The notes beneath the pieces are model-generated. The model saw nothing but the letters and a program-made list of their open reading frames with translations, made no database searches and was not told the DNA's origin. From Salpingoeca rosetta (lineage: Eukaryota; Protista; Choanoflagellata), in NCBI GenBank assembly GCA_033442325.1, contig JAWQFM010000007.1, positions 1,600,225 through 1,664,224 of the forward strand: a stretch of 64,000 nucleotides of DNA, given 5' to 3'. Each line of letters opens with the position of its first letter. The stretch's first letter is position 1. The translations under genes were made by a program, and so were the position numbers. Below, one piece after another: positions 12,323-40,264 of this stretch.

Positions 12323-12676
12323 AGGGGTGACTGTGACACGGTTGTGTATGCATGTACACTCGTTGTTGTCCTTGTGCATGTGCATGCGAGCAATTCTCCA
12401 CACCACACACACGCACACACACGCACACACGCACATACGACACGCCAACACGACATTCATCGTTGACTCGAAAGGTGCTGACTTGACAACTGACGTGTGA
12501 ACGTTGCGCCCTGTGTCATACACACACTCACAACCGCAGAGGCACACAGCTGACTGAGCGCTTGAGGAAAGGTACCGCTGGAAGGAAGAGCCACCGTCAG
12601 GCACAAGAACAGCAAGCACCAAAGGAAGAAAGAAGGCTGCTGCGGCGAAAAAGAGGAAGAAGAAGAAGAAGAAGAC

Positions 12677-18690
<6,014 letters not shown>

Positions 18691-18935
18691 ACTGTGTGCG
18701 TATGCCTGTCTGCGTGTATGCGTGTATGTATGCGTACGTGTTTGCGTTTATGCGTGTATGCGTCTCCTTGTACGCCCCCTTTTTTGCGTGCATGAGCCGC
18801 TGTTATGTTACACTTCCTCAACTCTCAACACCCACCACCACAACTCTCCAAACCACCACCACCACCATGCGTGTACGACTTTCCTGCCCATCGCCATTGT
18901 GGGCGATTTGTTGAAGTCATCCAATAAAAGTCGAC

Positions 18936-18944
18936 GTTGCCAAG
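18936..18944 (+). promoter_or_regulatory. Candidate RFX (X-box half-site) motif GTTGCCAAG
   Basis: Lies ~35 bp upstream of the ATG of the TEX47/DYBLUF-like ciliary gene and matches the GTTGYCA type of RFX site. Confidence 0.5.
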
Positions 18945-18977
18945 CAGAAGACAACGACGACAAAACAAGAAGGAAGG

Positions 18978-21648
<2,671 letters not shown>

Positions 21649-21654
21649 CGCCCG

Positions 21655-21691
<37 letters not shown>

Positions 21692-22366
21692 GTGTGTGTG
21701 TGTGTGCGTGTGTGTGTGTGTGTGTGTGTGGATGTGTGTGTGTGTGTGTGATTGGTTTGCTTTTGCGCCTCGTCTGCAGCGCACACAAACACCCTCAGCT
21801 CTTTCCTCTGCGTGCCTTCGTTCATGTCCATGACTTCACTCCCCCCCCCCCAGCTGCGCACGTTATGCGCCTGCTTTTCCTGTCCCCTGTCCTGCCCCAT
21901 AAGTAAACAACCACAGCCGCAATGTGCACCCGTCCTATTGCGTCTTTCTCCCGCCATTTTGTGTTTGCAGACCGAACGAGCAGAGCCATGTATGTACATC
22001 ATTAGGCTGGCAAGGGCATGCGATGAGTTGATAGTGTGTGGGTGTGCATGGGCTGTGTATGGGGTTGTTGGGTGTACATGGGGTTTGGGGTGGAGGGGTG
22101 GAAGGCCTGGAGGCGTAAAGGGGCAATGGTTGTGGGATGGATAGCTCCAGACATGGTGTTGGGGCTGACTGCCAGTGTGGGTGCGGGTGTGGGTGCGGGT
22201 GTGGGTGTGTGGTTGGGCCTGCCCACAACACCACTGCCACAAAAATCGAGAAATCAACGATGACCGTACCAACACTTTCAGACTTTCAGCATGAGTAGCA
22301 GCACATCGCTTGTGTTGTCAATCAGTTTGTATTTCTTGTGACAAGACACAAACAAAGAAGCTCAGG

Positions 22367-22443
<77 letters not shown>

Positions 22444-23360
22444 CTGGACAGGCGGGAAAACAAACAACCCAGCGTTACGAGTGAGGGGCAAAGAAAGCAA
22501 CAGAACGAGACAAAGTGCAGGGAAAAGACATCGGTATGAAGACGGGAGACAAGCACACGATGCACGACCAAGTGACCGCTGTTCTCAAGACAGTGTGGCT
22601 CTTGCAGTGGGTCATGGGCGGTGTGCACAATCACCCTGACCAGAGCACCACAGACCCAACAGGCAGCCAAGAAACCCACCAATGCGTACTGGCATGAATC
22701 CATGACTGAACAGCGATCGTGCATGCACATGTGCCTGTTGCTCGTGTCAGAAAACCAGAGAGCTACCAAAGAAAACGCCTGGAATGAATGGGACAGACGT
22801 GCTGATACAGAAAAGCAAGAGATGCATGTAGGCGACAATGAAAAAAACGTAAAGCCAATCGACAATAACACTATAACACGAGCAGGATCATGAAACACAA
22901 GATATACGAAAATTCAACATACATCGCATACTGTCTGTGGAATGGAATCACACACAGAGAAAACACAGAATCGCGCTGATACTACATCAAGCCACCCAAA
23001 CAAACACCATATACACCACATGAACACCGCACGCGTGTGAGTTCAATGACGTGATGAAACTGTGAAGCACCAAACACAACAAGGAAGAAAGCGGCGTAGA
23101 GGGAGGCGTGAAGGCCATGACGTGCATACTATCAGAGAGTGCACTCCGCACTTCTTCAGGGCGCACACGCAGGCTCAGAACACGACTTGGAAAAGCCATA
23201 CGCAAGGGCTACGACGGAAAGTCAATGGAAGAAGAAAACATTTAATGCTGCCATTAGGAGAAAGCATGTGTCTCTGCGCGCACCAGGTTCCCAGCTGATG
23301 CCAGTCCGTTCGGTCAATCAAGTAAGTCTCGGTCAATGAGTCATTGAGTCATTGAGTCAG

Positions 23361-26300
23361 TCATTCATTTCCTGTGTGCGCACCAGCAGACACAGCTGTC
23401 TTGTCTTGATGATCTAGCATGTCCGTGTCAACATGGCTCGTCCTGCCGTTTGAACACTTGTCCTTGCCGTTGCCCACCGCGCTGTCTTTGGCATTAATCT
23501 CATCAGCACGCCCTGTGGTCCTCGCATCTGAGCTCGTGGCCAGCGTCGTGGTCGTCGTCATCGTTGCTGCCACCATCTTCTTCTGCGCTGCCGCCGACTC
23601 AACACCGTCACTGCTGCCACCGCTACTGCTGATGCTGTCGCGAGCACCGTGCCCATCGTTGTTGGTGTTGGTGTTGGTGTCATCGCGGCGGCGGCGGTCG
23701 AGGCGGTTGCTCTTCTTCATCTTGACGGCTCCGTTGTGGGTCTTTGCCGGTGGTCCGCCGTTCACGCGAGTTCCGGGTGGGGATGCTGGAGACGCCTTGC
23801 GCTTCGCGTTTATTGATGTTGGTGCTGTTGCCGCTACTGTTGTTGGCGACTCGCCGCCGCTGTTTGTGGTGTCGTTGCCATTTACAGCCTCTGCAGGCGA
23901 AACGTGGCTGTCGTGGCTTGTGGTTCCATTTGTGGTTCCGTTTGTGGTTCCGTTTGTGGTTCCGTTTGTGGTTCCGTTTGTGGTTCCGTTTGTGCGACGT
24001 GCCTGCGCGTGCGCTTCTTTCCTTCCACTGTGTTTCTGCTTTCCATTTTCGCTATGCAATGCTGCTGGTGCTGCCACCGCTTTCTTTGCCTTCCTGCTGC
24101 CGCCAAGACCACCACCGTTCATCGCCTTTGCCTTGTTGTTGCTGGTGCTGCTGGTGCTTTTCGTGTTGGCGTTGGTGCCGGTGTTGTCATTCATGCTGCG
24201 GTCGTCGCTGGCGTCTTTGGTATCGCGGGCCATTGCGCGTCGCTGTTTTTGCTGTTTCTGCTTTGCGCGGTCCTGTGGGTGCTGCTGCCCGTTATCCTTG
24301 GGTGCGTCCAGTGCCCATGTGCTGCTGCTTTCGCTTGTGGGTGTCCCCTCACGCCTTGCCTTCTTGCTTGCAGGCAAGTCCATACTCCCGTCGTGTTCGG
24401 TCCCATGCACGAAATCCGGCTCAAGGCGCGCCTGTCGCCGCTGCAGCACTGTTGTTCACGATAGCGTAAAGTGGTGGGGGAGTAGTAGGGAAAAGGGTTC
24501 AGGGGAACGAAGCGATGAGGGGATTGTGGGGTGGTGAGCGAAAGGGAGTAGGATGGCGGGAGGAGGAGGAGGAGGAGGAGGAGGAGGAGGAGGAGGAGGA
24601 GGAGGAGGAGGAGGCCGCGAGCAATGCGGAGATGCAGCGAGTGAAGCAAGCAAACAAGCAAGCGATGGACACAAATGTGAAACCACAACAGTGAGGCAAC
24701 GCGTAAGCATCGCAATCGACGGTTTCGGGTTGAAAGCGAACGTACGGTTGTCAATCAGCTCTGGTGCTTCCCGTGCAATGGCCAGTGTGCGGCATTGGGT
24801 GCAGCGCTCATCTAAGTGTGCGTGTGTGTCAAAAAAGGAAGAGAGCGGGTGTGTGTATATGTTTGTTTGTTTGTTTGTTTTTGTTTGTTTGTTTGTTTGT
24901 TTGTTTGTTTGTTTGTGTGCATGCGGGGCCAGGTGAGATGATGGATGCAGGCGTCGAAGCAGAGAGGGTGCACACGGTCCAACGCATGTGGGGCAAGAAT
25001 AGAATGCCAAGTGCACAGCACTGACTTGGTGGTCGGAGGTGGCTGTAGTGGTACGGCTCGCATTGATTGTTGCGCGTGCACCCACGCGGAAGTGCCCGAA
25101 GCGCAGCAAGGAATTCGTCGACGGTTGCGTGCTGACCTTTGATCTTGCACACCTTTGTGATGTCATTGTACACACCGCCATAGCAAGTGGAGCAAATCCT
25201 GGCATGCGTGTGTGCGAGGAAGTTGGTGGATGAGCGGCGAGATCGGGCAGAAGAAAACCTGGACACGCACACACATGTAACACATGTGTAACACACATGT
25301 AACACACACACATATACACACAAGCGCGCGCACACACACACACACATGGATGGACACATGTGGAGAAGAAAACACAACTGCCTGACGCACTTTGAGCGGG
25401 TGTGTCGGCCTGGGCCGGCGCAGATTGGGCACGGCGGTCGCGGCTTCTTCCCGCGCTTGGTGGTCGCATACGGACGCACCCCACCAAGGGTGCCACCACC
25501 ACCACCACCACCACCAGCAACACCACCAGCAACAGCAGCAGCAGCAGCAGTGGTGCCCTGGAGCCCCAATGTCGCGCCGGGCGTGGATGCGTCGTGGGGT
25601 AGGCCCGTCTGCGACAGCTGCGCCAGGGCGGCGGCTGCTGCACTGGGGCCCATGGCGTTTGCAATGTGCGCCATGTGTGCTGAGCCCCCTGCATAGGCCG
25701 GCCAGCCACCCATGTTGTACGGCATACCCGGTACCATATAGGCCGACATTGGCATGGGCATGGGGTAGGGCATGTCCTGGGGAGGGCCGGGGGCTGACGC
25801 TGAGGTGGTGGCTGTTGTGGGTGCCCCTAGGCTCGTTGCCTGGCTAGTCGTGGCGTTTGGAGCAGAACCAGGCGTTAGCGCCGATGAAGGCGCGACGGTG
25901 ATAGACGAGGTCGATGCTGGCGTTGGTGTGTCTGCAGACGGTTGTTGGCCTTGTTGGGCCTGGAGCTGCCTCCAGTACATCATCTGCTGCAGTGCAGCCA
26001 TGTGCGACATGAGTGCGTGCGACTGGCTGGGCAACATGCCGCTGAGCAGCTGGGGCTGCACAGGAATGGCCGATGGCGATGCTGACACGGCGCATGATGG
26101 CGGAGTAGAGACGGCGCCCCCTGCCAACTGCGGCTGGGAGGGCATGGGGATGCCCACCTGGGTCTGTGCTGATGCGCTCTGCGGCGTGGGCTTTGGAATT
26201 GATGGTGTCGATTGCTGCTGGTGCATGGCGGCAAAGTGGCGTGAGAGGTGGGGCAGCACCCCTGTCTGCAGTGCCTCCATTGTCTGCCCTTCTGAAAACG

Positions 26301-26534
26301 CGTATGCACCGGGAGAAAACAACGCCTGTTGCGAGTGCTGTGCTTGCTGCTGTTGTTGTGGGCCGGAGCGTCCTTGGTCTTGACTGTGCTGCTGCTGCTG
26401 CTGCTGTTGTTGCTGTCGCATCTGCTGCAAGTGTAGGAGGAGTTGTTCGTTGTTCAAGGGGACCATCATGTGGGGCGCTGTTGGCGGTTGCTGTGCTTGC
26501 ATGAACGCTGCTGTGCCGGGAGGGAGCTGTCGTG

Positions 26535-26565
<31 letters not shown>

Positions 26566-26724
26566 TTGTTGTTGTTGTTGTTGCGCTGCTTGCGCGTGTG
26601 CTTGGTGTTGCGTCCAATCCATGCTGCTTTGTTGCTGTTGAACCAAAGTCAGCGCTCTGTTGTGTGTGCGTGCGCGTATGGTATGCATTTGCGTGCGTAG
26701 GCAATGGTGTACGGTTTGATCCAT
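23361..26724 (-). CDS. Q/P-rich putative transcription factor with a double C4 zinc finger (nuclear-receptor-DBD-like)
   Basis: Exons 25391-~26638 (plus a probable 12-nt first exon from ATG 26724; alternative ATG 26622), 25026-25198, 24746-24811 and 23361-24448 join in phase through GT-AG introns. Spliced core: KRGKKPRPP CPIC AGPGRHTRSKI CSTC YGG...RG CTRNNQC EPYHYSHLRPPNER CTQCR. Confidence 0.7.
23921..23993. repeat. Coding 12-bp tandem repeat (TNGT x6)
   Basis: (TTTGTGGTTCCG)n in the last exon of the zinc-finger gene. Confidence 0.9.
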
Positions 26725-26858
26725 GTTGGTTGAGAGGTAGGGTTTGTGAGGGAGCAGGAAGAGAGAGGAGAAGCAGCAAGAGGAGGAGGAGGAGGAGTAG
26801 TAGTAGTAGTAAGTGAAGGAATAGGAAGAGGGGGATGGGAAGGCAAGGAAAGTAGGCT

Positions 26859-26901
<43 letters not shown>

Positions 26902-26916
26902 CACACACACACGCAC

Positions 26917-26969
<53 letters not shown>

Positions 26970-28277
26970 ACAAGCAGAAAGGGTGCTGACCTGTCTTTTG
27001 ACGTTGACTTGTATGGGATAGGTTTGGTTTGCGAGCAAAAGGCAATTGCGTGGGGGTTCTGCGTGGGGTGTAAAGGCACATGATATTGTTCGTGAACAAT
27101 CCACCAAGGCAACCAAACGGCAAGAACACCCCACCGACCAACCAACCAACCAACCGACCAACCAACCAACCAACCAACCAACGACCACCACCGACATCAT
27201 TAGTCACCCACACAACCATCTCAACACCAGCAACTTTGTTGGAGTCCACAAGCAAGTCTATCTCCCCCTTGGTCCATTGCCAGGACGAACACGCACCGAG
27301 ATCGGGCGAGCGTTGTTTTGCTGGCGGTTTGTGGTTGTTGTGGGTGTGGTGAAAACGCACGCCGGAAGAGAGAGAAAGAGCGCGCGCTCGAGCGAGGGGC
27401 TTGCTGCGCTGTTGGCGTTGTTCTGTTGTTGTTGTTGTTCTGTTGTGATAGCTGGCTGTCGGTTGCTTTGATGGTGCGAGGGTGGTCCCGAAAGAGAGAA
27501 TGGATGGATGGAGAACGGAAAAGGCAGCTGACAACAGCCAATGCACGAAGTGAGCCAAAAGGGAAAAAAAATGTAGGGCGAGCTTGCGAGGGGAAACCAG
27601 CGAAACGGCAGCAACAGCTCCTTGACCCCCGTAAGTCATGCGTCCTGCACGCCCTCTAATTTTCTGTCGAAAGTTGGAGGGAATGGGGGCACGCCACAGC
27701 TTTGCGGGCAAACACAGCAAAACCGTTTCTGGCCACGTCACGCACATGTTTTCGATTAAATTTTGCGATCGGGGTCAACCAGAACATTTAAGCGCATCAG
27801 CAGCAAGGCGTACGCGTTTCAAAGGCCGGCAACGCAACAGTACGCCACCGAAGCTACGCGACCAGACACGTGAGGTTGAGACGCGTGTGGCGCAGCCGTG
27901 CGAGTTGTGTGCGTGTAACGGCAGCCGTTGCTTGCGTTTGCGTGCGTTGGTTGTGGCGTTGGCGTCGTTGACATTGGGCTGTGTGGGAATTGTGTGCACT
28001 TCGAGCCGGCCACGTCACATCACAAGCAAAACAAGACAGGAAACAAAAAAGCGGCACATACATGAGGCAAGGAACGTTCTTGAAGTGCGCACGACAAAAT
28101 TTGTCGGAACTTGCCAGCAGAACTGACTTTTGCGGTGAGTTGTGCGTGTTTGGGTGTGCGTTTGAAGCGGTGCGTGTGTATGTGTGATGCATGCAAACAA
28201 CAAGGGGGAACAAAGCGGTTCTTTCACCTGCTTGCGACACTCCCACACTACACCATGCATTGCTCGAGCTTTGGCGT

Positions 28278-31914
<3,637 letters not shown>

Positions 31915-32122
31915 TCACGCCCGTCCCGCAGATGTGGAATGTGAGATGTGATGTGATGATAATGTTTGCTTTGCGTTCTTGACCAACACGTGTCTTTCTT
32001 CGATGTTGATGATGATGATGGTGATGAATGGTGTTCATGTGTCTAGACGTGGAAAGTGGATGAACAGAGTCGTCATGTCATGTAATAACGTCACACAGGC
32101 GTGGTGCAAAGCAGCCAGCGTA

Positions 32123-35081
<2,959 letters not shown>

Positions 35082-35157
35082 CGTCGCTGTGTTTGCTGAA
35101 AATCAGCGGGAAACATTCACCAAAGCTCCAAACTTCAAGCGCAGAATCACATCGCAT

Positions 35158-35256
<99 letters not shown>

Positions 35257-35345
35257 CATACACACACACACACACACACTCTCTCTCTCTCTTTCTGTCT
35301 CTGTGTGTGTCTCTCTCCCTCAAACACACACACATCAACACGAAG

Positions 35346-36526
35346 ATGGGCGGGGGAAGTAGTCGGCAGTTGGACGAGCTAGATGTCGCCATCTTCAACT
35401 TGAAACAGACCAGCGAAAGCTTTCGAGAACGTGCAACGGGCGCCATCGACATGATGTCCAACAGAGTGAGTGTGTGTCTGTGTGTGTGTGTGTGTGTATG
35501 TGTGTGTGTATGTGTGTGTGTAAACGTGAGTGGCGGCGGCCTTCAGGTTTTGTGTTTTGTTTGTCACACTCTCTCACATCCTTCTGGTCGCGCCCTTGCT
35601 TCATTCAGTTGGACGATTTGGAGAAGCGGGTGACGCTGCTGGTGCGCCAGGTCCGGGGTGATCCAATGGAGACAGATGACAGCACGAGCAAATACGCCGA
35701 CGCATTACGTACGTTGGCAAGGTCAACTATGTCATCTCTCTTTGCCAGCAGTGGCAATGTGCCAATGCTTGACTGGATCTACAACAGCTGAAACCCACGC
35801 CTTGCACTGCGTGCCCTCCGCCTACATTCCACCACCACATGCTACTCAATGCTCTTTTGTGTGTTGGGCGTGTGTTGTTACATACTTCTCCTTCCTGACT
35901 GCTTTGCTCGCTCCTCACTCCCTCTCCTCACTCCCTCTCTTCTTTGCACCTCGTCCGTCCGCATTGTACCTCCACTACTTCGCGGCTCATCAAACGCAGA
36001 TCAGCTGACGTCGCACGACGATGTACTGCAGTCAGCCATGTACGAGGCGCAGGGCATGCGCTACAACAGCACCCGCTCGCAGCACCACCCGCACCACCAC
36101 AACGGCGCGCAGCAGCAGCCGGAGGCGGCGGAGGACGCGGAGGACTACCAGTTCTTCCGCAAGGACAGCTTCCGCGTGGAGATCTTCTCCAAGCGGCACG
36201 ATGTCACGCTGCGGCGCGAGCCGACAGAGTCGTTTGGGCTGACCATTGTGGCGGCGCAGTCTGCCTCGCGCAGCGGCAACCCTGTCAAGGACCACGCCAT
36301 CTTCATCAAGGCAATCAAGCCGGGCGCCGTTGCGGACAGGGACGGGAGGTTACGCCCGCACGACCGCGTGCTCGCCATCAACGGCATCGACGTTTCCCGT
36401 GCAACACACGAGCAGGTGATGGGCCTGGTGTCTGCGTCGGGGCGGGAGGTGACGCTGACGGTGGCGGCGCTGGTGAAGGTGAAGCGCCGGCGGAAACCAA
36501 ACGACGCAAAGGCATCAAGGCGGTGA
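35346..36526 (+). CDS. Small coiled-coil + PDZ protein with N-myristoylation motif (3 exons)
   Basis: 'MGGGSSRQLDEL...NR|LDDLEKRVTLL...AL|HQLTS...'; PDZ 'VTLRREPTESFGLTIV...IFIKAIKPGAVADRDGRLRPHDRVLAINGIDVSRATHEQVMGLV'. Confidence 0.85.
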
Positions 36527-37124
36527 TGCTGCTCCTACTGCTGATGATGATGATGATGGTGATGGTGGTGGTGGTGAGAGGTAGGGGATGTATTGGAAAG
36601 AGGAGGCCGGTGCTCGTGGATGGACGGATCAAGGAACACCGTTGCACGCGTGCATGTGTGTCGCGTGAACATGCGTGTATTTGCATGGGTGCATATGTCA
36701 ATCGTTGCATTCTGCCACAGCACATGCACGTGCTTGTGCAACTGGTGCCTTCACCTCATGTGTATTTTCAACGCAAGAGCCGCTGTTCAGCCTTGGCGGG
36801 CGCGTGTGCATGTGCATGTGTGCGCGTGCATGTGCTTTTGTGTGACAACTTTGCTGTACATGTGTTGGTAGGAACAGCTCCAGGCCACATTGGTTTGAGG
36901 CGATCACCATGGACGGCTGTCAACTGTTATATTGCCAGTCAGTGGTTGAAATTAAATTGCACAACAAATGAAAAGGGCGTCATGTCGCCATCACAGTGTC
37001 ACTCGCATCCGTCACATCATGTTACACCACGGAGTTAGCGTAACGCACAGCACACGGCCACCACAAACCACATCCCTAACACCAGTCCCCAAATGGACCC
37101 CAGCCAACATTCCTGCTGCTGCTG

Positions 37125-39643
37125 CTATTGCTGCTGTTGCTGCTGTTGCTGCTGTTGCTGCTGTTGCTGCTGTGCTTCGTCGTGGTGGCCGTTTGCAGCA
37201 GTGCCCGTCTGCTTGGTCGGGATGATGGGTCGTCCAAGCGTGTCCTCGGTCTTGGTCCACAAATCGCGTCGCAGCTGCTGGTCGCGCACCGCTGCGTGCG
37301 GCTCGGCCGTGACGCAATTCGCAAAGTAGTCGCCTGCATGCACACCAGCACCGCCGTGCGGTGAGGGTGAATGGCGGTGGGGGTGAATTGGAGGGAGGGT
37401 GGGAGGTGAGGTGCTCGCGCAAGTTGTGGCAGCAACGTCACTCTCTCGTACAGATCGACACAGACAAGTGGGCAAGTGGATACGCACACACAGCCAGCCA
37501 ACCAGCCAACCAGCCAACCAGCCAGACGGGCAGATAGATAGGCAGACAGGCAGGCAGGCAAGCACGCACACGACTTAAGCAAACTTGAGCGCAAGCAATG
37601 GCAACAGCAGAAGCACCTCCAAATCGCTTGTCCAGGGCCGGGTCTGTTGCCACGTGCACGGTTGTGTCGGAACCTGTGTGGGAGTCCATCATGACAAGAC
37701 TCGCCAGGTTCTTGTACGCCCACACAACAACAGGCGGCAGCGACCGCGCCACATCCGTCACAACCGTCCCAGGATGCACCGCAAACACCTGCATGCATGT
37801 GCGATTGGTTGTACGTGTGTGTGTATGGCATGAGATGGAGTCGGGCTTCCTTGAAGCAACAGCAGCAACTGCACACAAGGACGACAACTCACACACAAAC
37901 ACACGCGCGCGCGCGCGCACACACACACATGCACGCACACGTACACATACAAGACGGCTGTGTACCTTAATGTGGGCGTATTGTGGCTGTTTTGCCAGCC
38001 TGTTCTGGAGCTCCTTTGTCATCATCACTTGGTACAGTTTGCTGCGTCCATATGCCTTGAGTGGGCTGTGATCACGCTCGCTCTGCCAGTCATCAAGTGC
38101 TGGCTGCACAAACTTGTGCGCTAACGACGACACATTCACAATCCGCGGCGCCTGCACGACGTTGCCGCCGATGTGTGTGTGTGTGTGTGTATGTGTGAGT
38201 GTGTGTGTGCGTGTGTGAGTTGCATGCGTGTACGTGCGTGCGTGTGGATGTGAAGGTGGCCTCAGCACGTGCTGCCAATGCTGACGAGAGACAGAGAGAG
38301 ACAGACATGCACAGACAGACATACACAGACATACACACACACACACACAGACAGAGACAGACAGACAGAGACAGACAGAGACAGACAGACAGAGAGAGAC
38401 AGACAGAGACAGACAGACAGAGAGAGACAGACAGAGAGAGAGAGAGAGAGAGATTTCGGCAGTCAAGGTGCAGAAAGCACTTGCCACACGACGAAGACAC
38501 AGCACGCACCGGCGCCTTGGCGAGCGTGTCGAGGAGAAGCGAGGTAAGCAGTAGCGGGGCAATGTAGTTGATCTTGAAGAAGAGACATGCACGTGCAGGG
38601 TGACGAAGCATCAAGTGAGTGGGTGAGAGAGAGTGTGTGTTTGTGTGTGTGTGTGTGTGTGAATGTGTATGTATTTGTGTGTGCATGTGTGTGTATAAAT
38701 GTATGTATGTGTGTGTTGGTTTGTGTGTGTGTGTATGTGTGAACAGCATCAGTGAAATTGGAGGCCACCAAGCTGCAGCGAAGCAAGATAGCACGGCATA
38801 CATGTTGGCCTGTATTCTTGCAAGGTTCAAATCACCTGGAAATGAATCTCAAAGTCATCGTCTGTGGTTTGATACTGCGAGATAGGTGATGTTGTGCGTG
38901 AACAGATGTGTGAGCCAGCGCAACCACTCCACACCACGCAACAGCTTCACAGCTGTGCGCGCTGCATTCCCTGACCAAACATCGGCATACGCACGACAAC
39001 GTGGAACAGAACCACCAGTGAAGAAGTTGCAAAAACCCACGCGGAAAATGTATACACACCTCTGACACCATGTCGAAGAGGCCTGCGTTGTGGATGAGGC
39101 AGTCAATGTGGTCTGTGCGTTGCTTGAGCTGCTCTGCAAACTCTCTGACGGAGGCCATGCTGCCCAGATCCAGGTACAAGACGTCTCCAACGATGCCAGG
39201 GTGCTCCTGTGCCCACTCCTGCAAGAGGGCCTCTGCCTTCTTTGTGTTTCTGCACGCCATGATCACGCGGCCTCCACTGAGCAGCAGCCGCTTTGCTGTT
39301 TCCAGCCCGATTCCGCTCGTGCTTCCTGTCACCACATACACCTTCACCCCACGTCCACAAGCAAAACAACAAGTGTGTGTGTGTGAAGATGGGCTAGTGA
39401 GAGGGAGGGACAGGTTGAAACCATAAGGGACCTTTGTGCTCCAATACCACTCACTGTGCTCAGGTTGACATGCACAAACGCAAAGGCACACGTGCAATAC
39501 ACACACACACACACGCGCGCGCGCGCGATGCACACATGACGCACCTTTCCCTTGACGGCAGCGTTTGCTGCGGGCAGCTGGCGGGGGTGATAGACCAAGG
39601 CCATCACCCGTCCAAACAAAACCTCCATCAACACCTCAAACAT
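37125..39643 (-). CDS. Retinol-dehydrogenase-like classical SDR (RDH11-14/WWOX-like subgroup; multi-exon)
   Basis: '[19 protein letters not shown]...VIMACRN', '[13 protein letters not shown]', 'LIHNAG', 'FQ|INYIAP', '[10 protein letters not shown]', 'AYGRSK', 'AVHPGTVVT', 'GDYFANC'. Confidence 0.92.
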
Positions 39644-40264
39644 GATGCTGCGACGTGGTGGCTGCGAAGTGTGCTCCGTCGTGTGTGTGTGTTCTTCTGC
39701 CCTTTTGCTCTTGCGTGGTTTTCGTTTCCTTACAGATGATTCGATGCACACAAGCAACACCTGCTGCTGACAACACCACGCCGCTGCGCTGTCCGGAAAA
39801 CTCGCCACTGGCGCGCGCGCCAAGACAACGACGGCAAACCAAAAAGCCGCCGAACCAGGAAAAAGGCGGGGAACACCACCAGACACACACACCACGAGCA
39901 CACACAGCACGCACAACACAGCACCCGCCCGCTTTATCTATTGAGGCCACAGAGTCGGCAGTCATTTGTTTTTGTTTGCTGCGGCTCAAGCCAGAAAGAA
40001 TCCCACCACATATCAAGCCCATGCGTAGTAGTGGCTTGGCGCCCCTCCTCCCTCTCTTTCTTCTCTGTCCATCGTCAGGCTTGTGAGTGTGGCTTCTGTC
40101 GAGTAGACAACATCATTATTATCACATTCATCGATCGTGCAACTGGATCGTGCCTTCTTCAGACATTCCCCCCCTCCTCCGCTTCAGCGCATCTTTGCTT
40201 CCCCCTTCTTCATCCCAGCAGTGGACACGGGTGTACTGGTACACTATCGACCATAGCCACCATC

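Noticed and set aside
11900-12620. Possible small minus-strand gene or snoRNA between PGD and HRS
   Set aside because: Isolated splice-like signals and one ATGATGA, but no coherent start-to-stop model and no D box.
24829-27747. 972-aa ORF as a single-exon protein
   Set aside because: It reads through microsatellite introns and upstream sequence; only part of it is coding.
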